A stretch of DNA of 64,000 nt from Candidatus Latescibacterota bacterium (GCA_965217865.1 CBDCJO010000002.1:1696001-1760000), one strand, 5' to 3'. Shown: positions 1-13,382, counted from the first letter of the stretch. The notes: generated by a model from the sequence alone, not told the origin. Program-made: numbers and translations.

Positions 1-1104
1 GAACCAGAGCCAGATTCCCCCGATTCCGAGCGGGGCGGTAAGATCCATTATGTGGAGCGGACTCCCCCCAAGACCGTGAGCGCTAAACGAAGGGACGACG
101 AACCAGTAGACATCGACGAGACGGACCAGCAGCATCATCCCGGCTATGGCCGTCAACACCTTTGTCCGGCGTTTGATATTTCGGGAGATCAGCAGCGTAA
201 AGGGCAGTGCAAAATGGAAAAGGATCAGCCCGATCGTCACCCACGTCCACACGCCCCGAGTTCGATGGAGATACCAAGGGATCTCTTCGGGCAGGTTCCC
301 GGACCATATGATCAGGTATTGTGAAAAGGTCACATAAGCCCAGAGCATCACGAAGGCGAGCATCATGGTCCCCAGGTCTCTGAGATATTTTGGGGAGATC
401 AGATCGGAAAGGGGCTTCTGGCCTGATAACAGGACCACACATAATATCGAAAACGCCAGGGTGGCCAGGGCCTGTCCCACGATGAAGATGACCCCGTGCA
501 TTGTGGAGAACCAGTGGGGCTCTAACGACATCACCCAGTCGATCGATGCAAAGGTCGCCGTAAGCCCGAATATTACAAGCCCTGGACCGCTCAGGATGGG
601 CATGCGACGGCTGAGCAGGGGGTCACCCGTCCTGTCCTGCTCCAGGGACCAGCGACTCAGCAGAGAGGAGATGCCGATCCATATCAGAAAGTAGACGATT
701 CCCCGTGTGATGAAAAAAGGGATGTTGAGATAAGCGCTTTTGTGTTGCAGGACCTGATCGCGGGCCACCAGGTCGGCGTCGGTCCAGATAAAGATGTGAT
801 TCATCCCGAAGAGGATAGGAAGGAAGAGCAGGGCCATCAACGGAAAGGTCCGGGTCCCCGCCTCGAGGATTCGCCTGATTATAAATCCCCAGCACCCTCC
901 CACCAGCTGGTGCAGCATCAGGATGCCGAGACTGCCCATGGCAATTCCGATCCAGAAGAGATAGGCCACCAGATAGGACCGGAAAAAACCCTCGGGATTG
1001 AGGAGCCCCCATCCCGAAAAGGCGGCCATGGAAACCAGGCCGACGAAAAGCGATCGCCGCTGGATTCGATTCAATAAAGATCCAAGGGAGTCGGTTTGAT
1101 CCAT
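1..1104 (-). CDS. actF: Alternative complex III membrane subunit ActF (3' end runs off the window)
   Basis: Not in the ORF track. ATG at 1104-1102 overlaps the actE TGA. Manual translation begins MDQTDSLGSLLNRIQRRSLFVGLV...FFRSYLVAYLFWIGIAMGSLGILMLHQLVGGCWG. Polytopic protein in the expected position after actE. Confidence 0.85.
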   Translation of the reverse strand, partial: MDQTDSLGSLLNRIQRRSLFVGLVSMAAFSGWGLLNPEGFFRSYLVAYLFWIGIAMGSLGILMLHQLVGGCWGFIIRRILEAGTRTFPLMALLFLPILFGMNHIFIWTDADLVARDQVLQHKSAYLNIPFFITRGIVYFLIWIGISSLLSRWSLEQDRTGDPLLSRRMPILSGPGLVIFGLTATFASIDWVMSLEPHWFSTMHGVIFIVGQALATLAFSILCVVLLSGQKPLSDLISPKYLRDLGTMMLAFVMLWAYVTFSQYLIIWSGNLPEEIPWYLHRTRGVWTWVTIGLILFHFALPFTLLISRNIKRRTKVLTAIAGMMLLVRLVDVYWFVVPSFSAHGLGGSPLHIMDLTAPLGIGGIWLWF

Positions 1105-1742
1105 CAGTTTTCGGAATCTTCCTTTTGGAGTTGAACCCGGAACGCCTCCGGCACGTCCGAAAGGGTCGCACGCTGGCTGAGTTGAAGGGCACGGATATAG
1201 GCCACGATGGCCCATCGGTCCCGGGGTGGGATCCGCGAAGCATAGCTGTACATCGTCCCGAATCCGTTTGTGATTACATCGTAGAGATGCCCCACCTGGA
1301 TTTCACGCAATCGCGGGATGTGCAGGGAGGGAGGCTTTTTGAACCCACGTTTAATGATCATCCCGTATCCTGTACCAGCCCGATCATGACAGGGGGAGCA
1401 AAAAATATTGAAGCGCTCCTGTCCCTTTTCCAACATCCCGGTTGTTACGGGGTATGGGAACGAATCGACCGGCTCGCCGTCAGGCCCTTTTCCCGTGTAG
1501 AAATGTGTGTCCTCCCTGAGCTGCCCTCGAGCCACCGTACCGGGTACCATCGGACGTGCAGAGCGGCCATCCTCGAAGAAGGGGCTGGCCTCGAGCGGTT
1601 CGTACCTCGGCTGGTCGTACATCGCCTGCCTGAGTTTTTCAAGACTCGTCTCGCCGCTGCAGGCCGTCAGGAGGAGGAGGAACGAGATAGGCCAACACCG
1701 ACCGAAAGGCATGGGGTGATTTCTATTATGAGTCGACTTCAT
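1104..1742 (-). CDS. actE: ACIII monoheme cytochrome c lipoprotein ActE
   Basis: Lipobox LLTAC, single CSPCH heme motif, MYDQPRYEPLE motif, operon position. Confidence 0.9.
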   Translation of the reverse strand: MKSTHNRNHPMPFGRCWPISFLLLLTACSGETSLEKLRQAMYDQPRYEPLEASPFFEDGRSARPMVPGTVARGQLREDTHFYTGKGPDGEPVDSFPYPVTTGMLEKGQERFNIFCSPCHDRAGTGYGMIIKRGFKKPPSLHIPRLREIQVGHLYDVITNGFGTMYSYASRIPPRDRWAIVAYIRALQLSQRATLSDVPEAFRVQLQKEDSEN

Positions 1743-2265
1743 GGACTTCCGCCGGAAGCAAGCTCTCCAGGAATTCCCGGGTCGCCTCTGGGTGAAATTT
1801 AGGATCTCTGGACTCGATACATAGAAAGAAACGGTTTTGTGAGGCCATCTCGAACTTTTGGACGTTGAAGACCGGGTGATAGGGCATCGGCAAGCCGTTC
1901 AAGGCGAGCATCCCCAGTACGGCCGTAGCCGAAGCGGCAAGGATCGTCATCTCGAAGGTCACGGGGATAAACGCAGGCCAACTATGCAGCGGACGGCCTC
2001 CGACGTTGATCGGATAATCGATCACCATCGTGTAATACTGGAGCAGGTAACCCGCCAATCCCCCCAGGATCCCACCCAGAAGCACAAGGTAGGGTAGCCA
2101 CGTCCGGTGAAATCCGATTGCCTCCGCGAGCCCCTCAATCGGCATGGGCGAATACGCATCCATTTTCCGATATCCCGCTTCGTAGGCATTGCTGGCAGCC
2201 TTGATAAGGTCCTGGGGGTTTTCGAAATCCGCCATCAGGCCGTATAGGGGTAGTTTTTCAGTCAT
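1726..2265 (-). CDS. actD: ACIII subunit ActD (DUF3341)
   Basis: Likely start MTEKLPLYGLMADF at 2265. Motifs DAYSPMPIEGL and PAFIPVTFE; two TM helices. Confidence 0.9.
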   Translation of the reverse strand: MTEKLPLYGLMADFENPQDLIKAASNAYEAGYRKMDAYSPMPIEGLAEAIGFHRTWLPYLVLLGGILGGLAGYLLQYYTMVIDYPINVGGRPLHSWPAFIPVTFEMTILAASATAVLGMLALNGLPMPYHPVFNVQKFEMASQNRFFLCIESRDPKFHPEATREFLESLLPAEVHEVDS

Positions 2266-2300
2266 AAATAAAGGAAATGGAAAATTCAAACCCCCTGCGC

Positions 2301-2324
2301 CCCCTTCCCTAAAAGGAAGGGGGA
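2301..2324. repeat. REP-like palindrome between actC and actD
   Basis: CCCCTTCC-ctaaaa-GGAAGGGG inverted repeat in the intergenic gap. Confidence 0.5.
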
Positions 2325-2341
2325 TGCCGCTTATGGCATCG

Positions 2342-3692
2342 TTATTCTTTTTTGGGAACAAGCGTCCTCATCTCAAAGATCGAGATCATCGGCATCAGCC
2401 GTATAAACACGAACAGCAGGGTGAAAAAGAGGCCGATCGAGCCGATGAATGTGGACCAGTCCCAGAAGGTCCCGGAGTACATGCCCCATGATGAAGGCAG
2501 AAAGTCCCGATGCAGACTGGTCACGACGATGATGAAACGCTCCAGCCACATTCCCACGTTGACAAACATGGCCACCACGAAGAGGGCAAGTGCGCTGGAT
2601 CGGATCCGCTCAGACCAGAGGAGCTGAGGAACTCCCACATTGCAGAAAATCAGAGACCAGTAGACCCAGGCATAGGGACCCCCCATCCGGTTTTGAATCA
2701 TGAAGCCCTCATAGGGGCTTCCACTGTACCAGGCCATGAACTTCTCTATCATATACCCGTAAGCGACGATCAGGCCGGTGGCCAGGAGAATCTTTGCCAT
2801 GTTGTTCAGGTGCCGTTTGGTAATGAAGTCCTCCAGGCCGTAGATCTTTCGAAGCGGGATGGCCAGGGTCAACACCATCGCAAACCCGGCGTAAATCGCC
2901 CCAGCAACGAAATAGGGGGGAAAGATCGTTGCGTGCCAGCCCGGAATGATTGCCACCGCAAAGTCGAAACTCACGATGGTGTGCACGGAGATGACAAGGG
3001 GCGTGGCCAGGCCGGCGAGCAGATAATAGGCGGTCTCATAGCGATACCAGTGTACAGCGGACCCCCTCCACCCCATGGACAGGATTCCGTAGATGGCACG
3101 GGCAAACCGATTTCCCGTCCGGTCGCGCAGGGTCGCCATGTCAGGGATCAATCCGACAAACCAGAAGAGCAGGGAGACGGTCGCGTAGGTGGAAACCGCG
3201 AACACGTCCCAGACCAGGGGGCTTCGGAACTGAGGCCAGATACCCATCGTATTGGGATAGGGGAGCAGCCAGTATGCGGCCAGCCAGGGACGGCCCGCAT
3301 GGAAGAGGGGGAAGAGCGCGGCGCAAGCCACCGCGAAGATCGTCATGGCCTCGGCAAAGCGGTTGATCGAGGTCCGCCACTCCTGACGGAGAAGCAGCAG
3401 GATGGCCGAAATCAAGGTTCCGGCATGGCCGATCCCGATCCACCACACGAAGTTGATGATCGCGAAACCCCAGCCCACCGGGGCGTTGATCCCCCAGATA
3501 CCGGTTCCTTTAACCAGAAGATAGGCCAGGGAGATCAGGAGAAGCATCGTCAGAGAAAACGCGATCCCGAAACCCACAAACCATCCCAGGGGAGTTCGGC
3601 GGTTCACAACGAGGGAGCTGATCTTGTCGGTTATCGATGCGTAGGTGTGCCCCGGCTCAATCACGGGACTGTCCGCGCGTGGGTTCCCTGGA

Positions 3693-3700
<8 letters not shown>
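2342..3700 (-). CDS. actC: ACIII quinol-binding subunit ActC (NrfD/PsrC family)
   Basis: NFVWWIGIGHAGTLISAIL, RFAEAMT and WDVFAVSTY motifs; about 10 TM helices. Confidence 0.95.
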
Positions 3701-6673
<2,973 letters not shown>

Positions 6674-6695
<22 letters not shown>

Positions 6696-7324
6696 TCCGT
6701 AAGGGGTTGAATCTCATATTCCAGAACGAGCCGGCTCCCCGCGGAGACCTGGTCGGCGGGATGTTCCCAATCGGGGTTAAAGGCCTGGTCCCTTGGCCTG
6801 ACGAAACGCTCCGGGTGCCGGTGGCAATCCAGACACCACTCCATGTTGAGGGTCTCCTCTTTCCACATCAGGGGCATCCGTCCCACACTCCCGTGACACG
6901 TGCCGCAACCGATCCCCTTATGGATGTGAATACTGTGATCGAAATAGACAAAATCGGGAAGGTCGTGAACCCGTGTCCATTTGAGCGGGGTGTCGTTCCG
7001 GAAGCTTGCCCGGACGGGCTCCAGGACGGGGCTGTCGGACCAGATTTGAGAATGGCAAGTCATGCAGGTCTCGGTGGAGGGGATTCCCGCGAAGGCCGAT
7101 TGTTCGACCGAGGTATGACAGTAGCGACAGTCGATCCCGAGCCCGCCAACGTGATGTTTGTGACTGAAAGGGACGGGTTGAGGCTGAACCACACTCGCCT
7201 GCGTCACGTAGGAAGAGCGGTTGATCGCCAGGAGGAACCATATCAGGGCTGCCAGGATGAATACGGCGCCGAAGATGCTGACCTTTGAGATGGTGTTGGT
7301 GCTGCGATGGAAAATCTGCGCCAT
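6674..7324 (-). CDS. actA: ACIII pentaheme cytochrome c ActA
   Basis: N-terminal TM helix and five CxxCH motifs (CRYCH, CMTCH, CGTCH, CLDCH, CAICH); QPVPFSHKHH. Confidence 0.95.
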
Positions 7325-7516
7325 GGATGTTTATAGCGGGGACGGAGTGGTGATGAAGAAATCCAGACCGGTAGGAGAGCCCTCCCGAATTTTTTAATAT
7401 AATATAAAAGGCAGGGATCAGGGAAGGAAATTGCAAGGTGGAAGATGGAAAATAAAAAAAATTTACCTGCGTCTCGCGTGGAATATATTGGCTGAGACTA
7501 AAGTCAAGTCCTTCTT

Positions 7517-7692
7517 TCAGCGCCAACGGCTCGTTGTCCCTCAACCCAGGGCATCGCCCTGGGTCCTTGGAAGCAATACCATCGTGCGGCCTGAAGGGCC
7601 GCGATAATTTCACATCGCAATGCCCCAATCCATGTCCTTCGATGAACGGTATGTGTGGGATTGATCCGGATCGCGGACCGTTGGCCCGCTGA
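7517..7692 (-). ncRNA. ssrS: Probable 6S RNA
   Basis: 176-nt non-coding segment whose ends pair (TCAGCG-CCAACGG with CCGTTGG-cc-CGCTGA), with internal hairpins ACCCAGGGC/GCCCTGGGT and GCGGCC/GGCCGC. Size and rod-with-bubble layout fit 6S. Strand is inferred. Confidence 0.55.
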
Positions 7693-7941
7693 TGCGTCGC
7701 CACACAGAACCTGGCTTTCCACCAAAAACTAGGAAGATCCCGATGATTCAAGGTCTGAATATGATCTGACTTTAGAAGAAATCTTTCGATGTCCCCTTCT
7801 TCCTTCACTTTTTGATAGGACTTTCCCAAAAAACTTTATCGGTCTGGAATTTTAGCTTGCCGTCCCGATTTTTTTATCGTTAATTAAATTGATTAACCTT
7901 GGAGGTTTGGAACCCCGTTAAACCCGACAGAAAGGCCATTT

Positions 7942-9066
7942 ATGGGATCGGACTGGCGGATTCAACTGATCGATAGAGAGCTGTTTCAGCGCGAACTGGA
8001 ATCGTTCATTCCGAATCGGATTTTTGATGTCCACGCTCACCTCTATGAAACCCGGCACTTTAACAGTGAACTATCAGAGCTGATTGGCAGCGGCCCGGAA
8101 ACCGTTGGATTGGAGACCTACAAGACACACATCTCTGAGATCACACCGAACCGCCCGACAAGCGGACTTTTCTTCCCATTCCCTGCTCCGCATTTGAGTT
8201 TTGCCGGAGCCAATGACTTTCTGATGAATCAGGTAAAGCAGGATTCCGGTTCCCGGGCGCAGATGGTGATCCATCCCAAGATGAATCCCGAACTGATCCG
8301 GGAGACAGTGAAGCGCGACGGGTTTGTGGGTTTGAAACCTTATCACGTCTATGCCGCGGAGCGTCCGACTTTAAAATCCCCTCTTCCGGCGTTCCTCCCG
8401 GAGAGTCACGTGCGGATCGCACACGAAGAGGAACTCACCATCACGATTCACATCGTACGGCCCCGTGCGATGGCGGATCCGGCCAACCAGGAGGTGATTC
8501 GCCGCTATGCGGAGCGCTATCCCAAGGCCAGGCTGATCCTTGCGCACGCGGCACGGGGCTTTAACGCATATCATACCGTGATGGGGATCGGCGCACTGCG
8601 CGGTTTGCGAAATATCTGGTGTGACACCTCTGCGATCGCCGAGTCGTGCGCCTTCGAGGCCGTCCTCCGAACTCTGGGGGCCGATCGGTTGATGTACGGC
8701 TCGGACTTTCCGGTGTCTCATGAGCGGGGTCGACCTGTCGCACTTGGCGACTCATTTTACTGGATCAGGGCGAAGGATATGGATGAGGCGGCTTACGGGC
8801 AAGTACTTCCCACCCTTGTCGGTATAGAGTCACTGCGTGCTCTCAAGATCGCCTGTATGAACCTTCATCTCTCCGATTCACAGGTCGAGGATATTTTCTA
8901 TGGAAATGCAGCGCGGCTCTTCGACCTGACGGAGCGAGAGGATAATGAAAAGGCGGGGGCCAGAGGTCAGGAGTCAGGGAAAAACAGTAGCAGTTGGCAG
9001 TGGCAGGAAAGGCGAAGTCAGGGGGCAGAGGTCGGGGACCAGAGGAAATTGAAGATCGAAAATTGA
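7942..9066 (+). CDS. Amidohydrolase_2 family metal-dependent hydrolase
   Basis: FDVHAH, LILAHAARG and MYGSDFP motifs. The last ~40 aa are translated repeat cassette. Confidence 0.85.
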   Translation: MGSDWRIQLIDRELFQRELESFIPNRIFDVHAHLYETRHFNSELSELIGSGPETVGLETYKTHISEITPNRPTSGLFFPFPAPHLSFAGANDFLMNQVKQDSGSRAQMVIHPKMNPELIRETVKRDGFVGLKPYHVYAAERPTLKSPLPAFLPESHVRIAHEEELTITIHIVRPRAMADPANQEVIRRYAERYPKARLILAHAARGFNAYHTVMGIGALRGLRNIWCDTSAIAESCAFEAVLRTLGADRLMYGSDFPVSHERGRPVALGDSFYWIRAKDMDEAAYGQVLPTLVGIESLRALKIACMNLHLSDSQVEDIFYGNAARLFDLTEREDNEKAGARGQESGKNSSSWQWQERRSQGAEVGDQRKLKIEN

Positions 9067-9140
9067 AGAAAATTGAAGCGAGATCAATAAAGCCACAAGA
9101 AAGTCCTTAAATGTTCTAAATATTCAATATTCAATATTCA
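8950..9140 (+). repeat. Composite heptamer/hexamer repeat cassette
   Basis: GTCAGGA/GCAGAG units, AGTAGC/AGTGGC units and ATTGAAG-type units, followed by inverse TATTCAA units directly before ATG 9141. Confidence 0.85.
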
Positions 9141-10031
9141 ATGAATGGGGATGTCGTGAGCAACAAAAAATACATTGTATCGGAGGAGGAGAAGTATTAC
9201 TTCGACCTCAGGGGCTACCTGATCATTCCCGGGGCGCTGTCACCGGAGGAGGTGGGGGCGTGCAATGCCGCAGTCGATCAATTTGCGGACCAGATTCGGG
9301 CTCGTGAAACGGGTCTTGCTCGCGGCGCGTCCGCGCTTGAGGGGGCGTCGGGTCGAAAGGAACTAGAAGGCATGCTGGGCTGGCCCTCGCCCTACAGGGA
9401 ACCCTTTCGCCGGCTTCTGATTCATCCCCTGGTGGTTTCCAGGCTGAATGAATTTTCGGGAAAGGGATTTCGATTGGACCACGGCCCTCTTTTAATCGGG
9501 GCTGAGGTGGGAACGGAGGGATTCCTGCTGCACGGTGGAGGAATGCCGTTTCAGCAGGCTGTCTGGTACCATCAACAGAACGATCGGATCACATGCCGCG
9601 GAATTACCGTGGCGTGGCAGCTTGCGGATGTCAACGAGGGGGATGGGGGATTCGCGATTGTTCCCGGCAGCCAAAAGGCCTTCGAACCGATTCCTGATGG
9701 GGTGCGGGACCAGGGGGACGATATGGGTTTGGCGGTGCAGCCAGCGATGAAGGCGGGGGATCTTCTTTTCTTCGCGGAGAGCGCCACCCACGGAACGCTT
9801 CCCTGGAAGGGAAAGGGGGAAAGAAGGAGCGTGCTCTACAAGTACAGCACCCGAGGGGCGGCCAGGTCGGTAGGACGATTCTTCACCCCCGAGGATCGAC
9901 TCGGTGAATGGACGAAGGAACTGACCCCCGAGCAACGGGCGGTTTTGTATGGCCCCGGTGTCCACACCGGGAAGAGCCTCCCGATCCTCGCCTCGGATGG
10001 GAAAAAGACCTGGGTTGAGAAGGAAATTTAA
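9141..10031 (+). CDS. PhyH-family Fe(II)/2-oxoglutarate enzyme with HGG in place of HxD
   Basis: FDLRGYLIIPGAL, GGFAIVPGS, AGDLLFF..HGTLPW..RR. The first metal motif reads LHGG. Confidence 0.8.
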   Translation: MNGDVVSNKKYIVSEEEKYYFDLRGYLIIPGALSPEEVGACNAAVDQFADQIRARETGLARGASALEGASGRKELEGMLGWPSPYREPFRRLLIHPLVVSRLNEFSGKGFRLDHGPLLIGAEVGTEGFLLHGGGMPFQQAVWYHQQNDRITCRGITVAWQLADVNEGDGGFAIVPGSQKAFEPIPDGVRDQGDDMGLAVQPAMKAGDLLFFAESATHGTLPWKGKGERRSVLYKYSTRGAARSVGRFFTPEDRLGEWTKELTPEQRAVLYGPGVHTGKSLPILASDGKKTWVEKEI

Positions 10032-10210
10032 GGAACAATCGACCCCCTCATCTTCAGGGAACCCCACGGAGACACAATCGTTATAGAGAATTGATCGTTC
10101 AGAACAGTTTACTTTTCTTGATAACAGGCCATTATGGCAGGAAGCTTCCATAATGGCATTGGCGATATCCTGTCGTCGCAGATCCCCCCCCAAGCGTCAG
10201 GAGAAGATGA

Positions 10211-11155
10211 ATGATTCGAGTCGATCATCTGGTAAAAAATTACGGAGATGTCAAGGCTGTCCGCGGGATTGACTTTGAGGTCAAAGACGGGGAGATTCTG
10301 GGTTTCCTCGGAGCAAACGGGGCGGGAAAGTCCACAACGCTCAAGATTATCACAGGATTCCTTTCTTCCACATCCGGGAATGTTTTTGTAAACGATTTAA
10401 ATATCATCGAAGACTCGTTGGAGATCAGGAAACAAGTAGGCTACCTGCCGGAATTGAACCCGCTCTACCCTGAGATGGTGGTCTATGATCTTTTAGAATT
10501 CATTGCGCAGGTTCGAGGAATCCAGGGGAAAGCGTTCAAAAGTTCCATGGAAAGGGTGGTGGAACAGTGTGGGTTGCAGGGGGTGGTCCATAAAGAGGTA
10601 CAGGCCTGTTCCAAGGGATACAGACAGAGAATCGGCCTGGCGACCGCGATGATTCACGATCCCGCGATTCTGATTATGGATGAGCCCGTGACCGGTCTGG
10701 ACCCGAACCAGATCGTGGAAATTCGGGAACTGATCAAAGAGCTGGGCCGGGAAAAGACTTTGATCATCTCCAGTCACATTCTACGGGAGATCGAAGCCAC
10801 GGTGGATCGGATCATTATTATTCACGAAGGGGAAATTGTGGCGGATGGCACGAGTGGAGAGCTCATGTCCGGACTCCACGGCCAGACCCAACTGTCCTTG
10901 GAGGTCAAAAACGTGGGCGAAGAGGGCATCGATCGGCTTCGAAGTCATTTGCCCGAGATCGCGGTTAATGCCCTGGGGGAAGATGACGGTCGTCAGAAGC
11001 TGACGATTGAATACGACAAAGAACTGGATCCCCGTGAATCCATATTTCATTTTGCAAAAGACAACGGTTGGGTGATTCTGGAAATGAGTCAGATCAAGGT
11101 CCAGTTGGAAGATGTGTTCAGAAAACTTACGGTCGAAGGAGTGGCCGATGAATAA
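10211..11155 (+). CDS. ABC transporter ATP-binding protein (GldA-like)
   Basis: Walker A GANGAGKS, SKGYRQR signature, DEPVTGLDPNQ. Confidence 0.9.
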   Translation: MIRVDHLVKNYGDVKAVRGIDFEVKDGEILGFLGANGAGKSTTLKIITGFLSSTSGNVFVNDLNIIEDSLEIRKQVGYLPELNPLYPEMVVYDLLEFIAQVRGIQGKAFKSSMERVVEQCGLQGVVHKEVQACSKGYRQRIGLATAMIHDPAILIMDEPVTGLDPNQIVEIRELIKELGREKTLIISSHILREIEATVDRIIIIHEGEIVADGTSGELMSGLHGQTQLSLEVKNVGEEGIDRLRSHLPEIAVNALGEDDGRQKLTIEYDKELDPRESIFHFAKDNGWVILEMSQIKVQLEDVFRKLTVEGVADE

Positions 11156-11861
11156 TTTCAAAGCGATCTACCTGAAGGAACTGAAGTCCTATTTCGACAG
11201 TCCGATGGCCTATATCTTTCTCGTCATGTTTGCGGTCTTGAACGGATATTTTTTCACGAACACTTTTTTCCTGATCGGACAGTCGGACCTGCGGGTGATG
11301 TTTAACATCGTTCCTGTCGTCTATCTGTTTTTCGTGCCCGCTATTTCGATGGGCCTGATTGCACGCGAGAGAAACATCGGAACCATAGAGGTGATTTCAA
11401 CCCTCCCGATAGCGGACAGGGAATTCGTGTTGGGGAAATACCTGGCCGCCGTGACATTGATTGTCGTCGGACTGTTGTTCACGGCCGTTCATTTTATCAC
11501 GCTTGCGCAAGTGGGCACGAGCATCGATTACGGTGCGGTGGTCACCGGGTATCTGGGATTGATCCTGGTGGGGGCCTTTTATGCTGCGGTGGGCACTTTC
11601 GCCAGCAGTCTGACCGAGAATCAGGTGGTCTCCCTGATCGTCGCGATCAGTATTATCATCGTCTTCTATATCCTGGACAAATTGCTGATTTTTATTCCAG
11701 TGAGTCTTTCCGGAATCGTCCAGTACATCAGTGTCGATTACCACCTTTCCAACATCTCTAGAGGGGTAATCGACTCGAGGAATCTGGTTTATTTTGCCGG
11801 TATGATATGGCTGTTCCTGGTGATGACCATCCGGGTCATCGGAATCCGGAAGTGGAGGTAA
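11148..11861 (+). CDS. ABC-2 permease (GldF-like)
   Basis: KELKSYFDSPMAY, ERNIGTIE and ASSLTENQ motifs; about 6 TM helices. Confidence 0.85.
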   Translation: MNNFKAIYLKELKSYFDSPMAYIFLVMFAVLNGYFFTNTFFLIGQSDLRVMFNIVPVVYLFFVPAISMGLIARERNIGTIEVISTLPIADREFVLGKYLAAVTLIVVGLLFTAVHFITLAQVGTSIDYGAVVTGYLGLILVGAFYAAVGTFASSLTENQVVSLIVAISIIIVFYILDKLLIFIPVSLSGIVQYISVDYHLSNISRGVIDSRNLVYFAGMIWLFLVMTIRVIGIRKWR

Positions 11862-11864
11862 CCG

Positions 11865-13382
11865 ATGCCCAAGGTATACGATCAAAAAACATTAATCCTG
11901 TTCCTGGTTGCCGCCCTTCTTGTGGTTCTGGCGGTTAACTTCATTTCCCGGGACCTGTTCTTCCGATTGGATTTTACCGACAACAAGATGTATTCCCTGT
12001 CGGAGTCCAGTCAAAAGGTCGTTCGGAAGATCGATGACCGCCTCACCATGAAGGTCTATTTTTCCGATAACTTACCCGGACAATACGGAAATAACCGGCG
12101 TTACCTCCAGGATATCCTGGAGGAGTATGAGGCCTATGGAGAAGGGAATATCCGGTTCGAGTTTTACCTGCCTGAAGACGATGAACAACTGGAGGAAGAG
12201 GCTCAAAAATACGGCATCCAGCCGGTCCAGCTTCAAGTGGTTGAAAACGACAATCTGGAGGTGAAAAAGGTCTATATGGGAATGGTGTTCCTGTACGGCG
12301 ATGAGCGGCTCAGCATTCCCGTGATCCAAACGACCACCGGCCTGGAGTACGAAATTACGACGCAAATTAAAAAGTTGACGGATCCAGAAAAGGCCCGGAT
12401 TGCATTCGCCACGATCGGGGATCAGAAGAAGGAAAGAAAACGAGTGTCGGAGGAGCTCCAGCAATCTTATCGTGTCCAGACCCTGGATTTAGGGACCGAA
12501 ATCCCCGGAGACATCAATCTGATTATTATCGGTGGGGTTGAAGATTCAATCAGTACGGAGGATCTGGATCGTGTGAAGGACTTTTTGGATGGTGGGGGAA
12601 ATCTATTTATCGCTCAAAGTCGGATCAAATCAAACCTGCAATCGCAGATGGGTACGCCGATAAAATCCAATTTTTTTGATTTTCTGGATGGCCTGGGCCT
12701 GAAATTAGAGGAGAATCTCGTGCTGGATCAGACCTGTGCAAACGTCACGGTTTCCCAAACCCAGGGTTTCTTCCGGGTGAACTCCCAGATGCGATATCCC
12801 TTTTTCCCGCTGATTCGGAATTTTGGAGACCATCTCACAGTGGGCGGACTGGAGCAAGTCAGGATGATTTTCCCCAGCGAGATTGCCAGCGACGGTGATT
12901 CAAGCACCGACTCCGAAGGCTCAACGGTGACCCCTTTGCTTTTCACATCAAAAAGATCCGGCACGATGAGCGGTTATTATCGTCTGAGTCCTCTGAATAA
13001 TCCCGCCTTTCGAACGCTGGTCCAAAAAAGCAAGATCGTTGGGGCGCTGGCGACGGTAAAATCGGATCGTACGGAGAACACCAGCCAGATCATCCTGGTG
13101 AGCGACTCCAGGTTTTTTGATGACAGCGGAGGGGGTTCATTCGCTGAGAACTATGTGTTCATCGCGAATGCAGTCGATTATTTGATGGGAGACAGCGACC
13201 TGGTTGCGCTCCGGTCCCGCGAAATCACAACCAGGCCCCTGGCGCAGATCAGCGATCCGGAAAAATCAAAGTGGAAGTGGGCAAATATCCTTGTTCCTCC
13301 AGTCCTGATTATCGGTTATGGAATTTTCAGACGGAGTCGCAGAACCAACCGTGCCAAGGTGTTGGAGGAGATCTATGGGTAA
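11865..13382 (+). CDS. GldG-like ABC auxiliary component
   Basis: RLDFTDNKMYSLS, GIQPVQLQ, LEYEIT; N- and C-terminal TM helices. Confidence 0.85.
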   Translation: MPKVYDQKTLILFLVAALLVVLAVNFISRDLFFRLDFTDNKMYSLSESSQKVVRKIDDRLTMKVYFSDNLPGQYGNNRRYLQDILEEYEAYGEGNIRFEFYLPEDDEQLEEEAQKYGIQPVQLQVVENDNLEVKKVYMGMVFLYGDERLSIPVIQTTTGLEYEITTQIKKLTDPEKARIAFATIGDQKKERKRVSEELQQSYRVQTLDLGTEIPGDINLIIIGGVEDSISTEDLDRVKDFLDGGGNLFIAQSRIKSNLQSQMGTPIKSNFFDFLDGLGLKLEENLVLDQTCANVTVSQTQGFFRVNSQMRYPFFPLIRNFGDHLTVGGLEQVRMIFPSEIASDGDSSTDSEGSTVTPLLFTSKRSGTMSGYYRLSPLNNPAFRTLVQKSKIVGALATVKSDRTENTSQIILVSDSRFFDDSGGGSFAENYVFIANAVDYLMGDSDLVALRSREITTRPLAQISDPEKSKWKWANILVPPVLIIGYGIFRRSRRTNRAKVLEEIYG

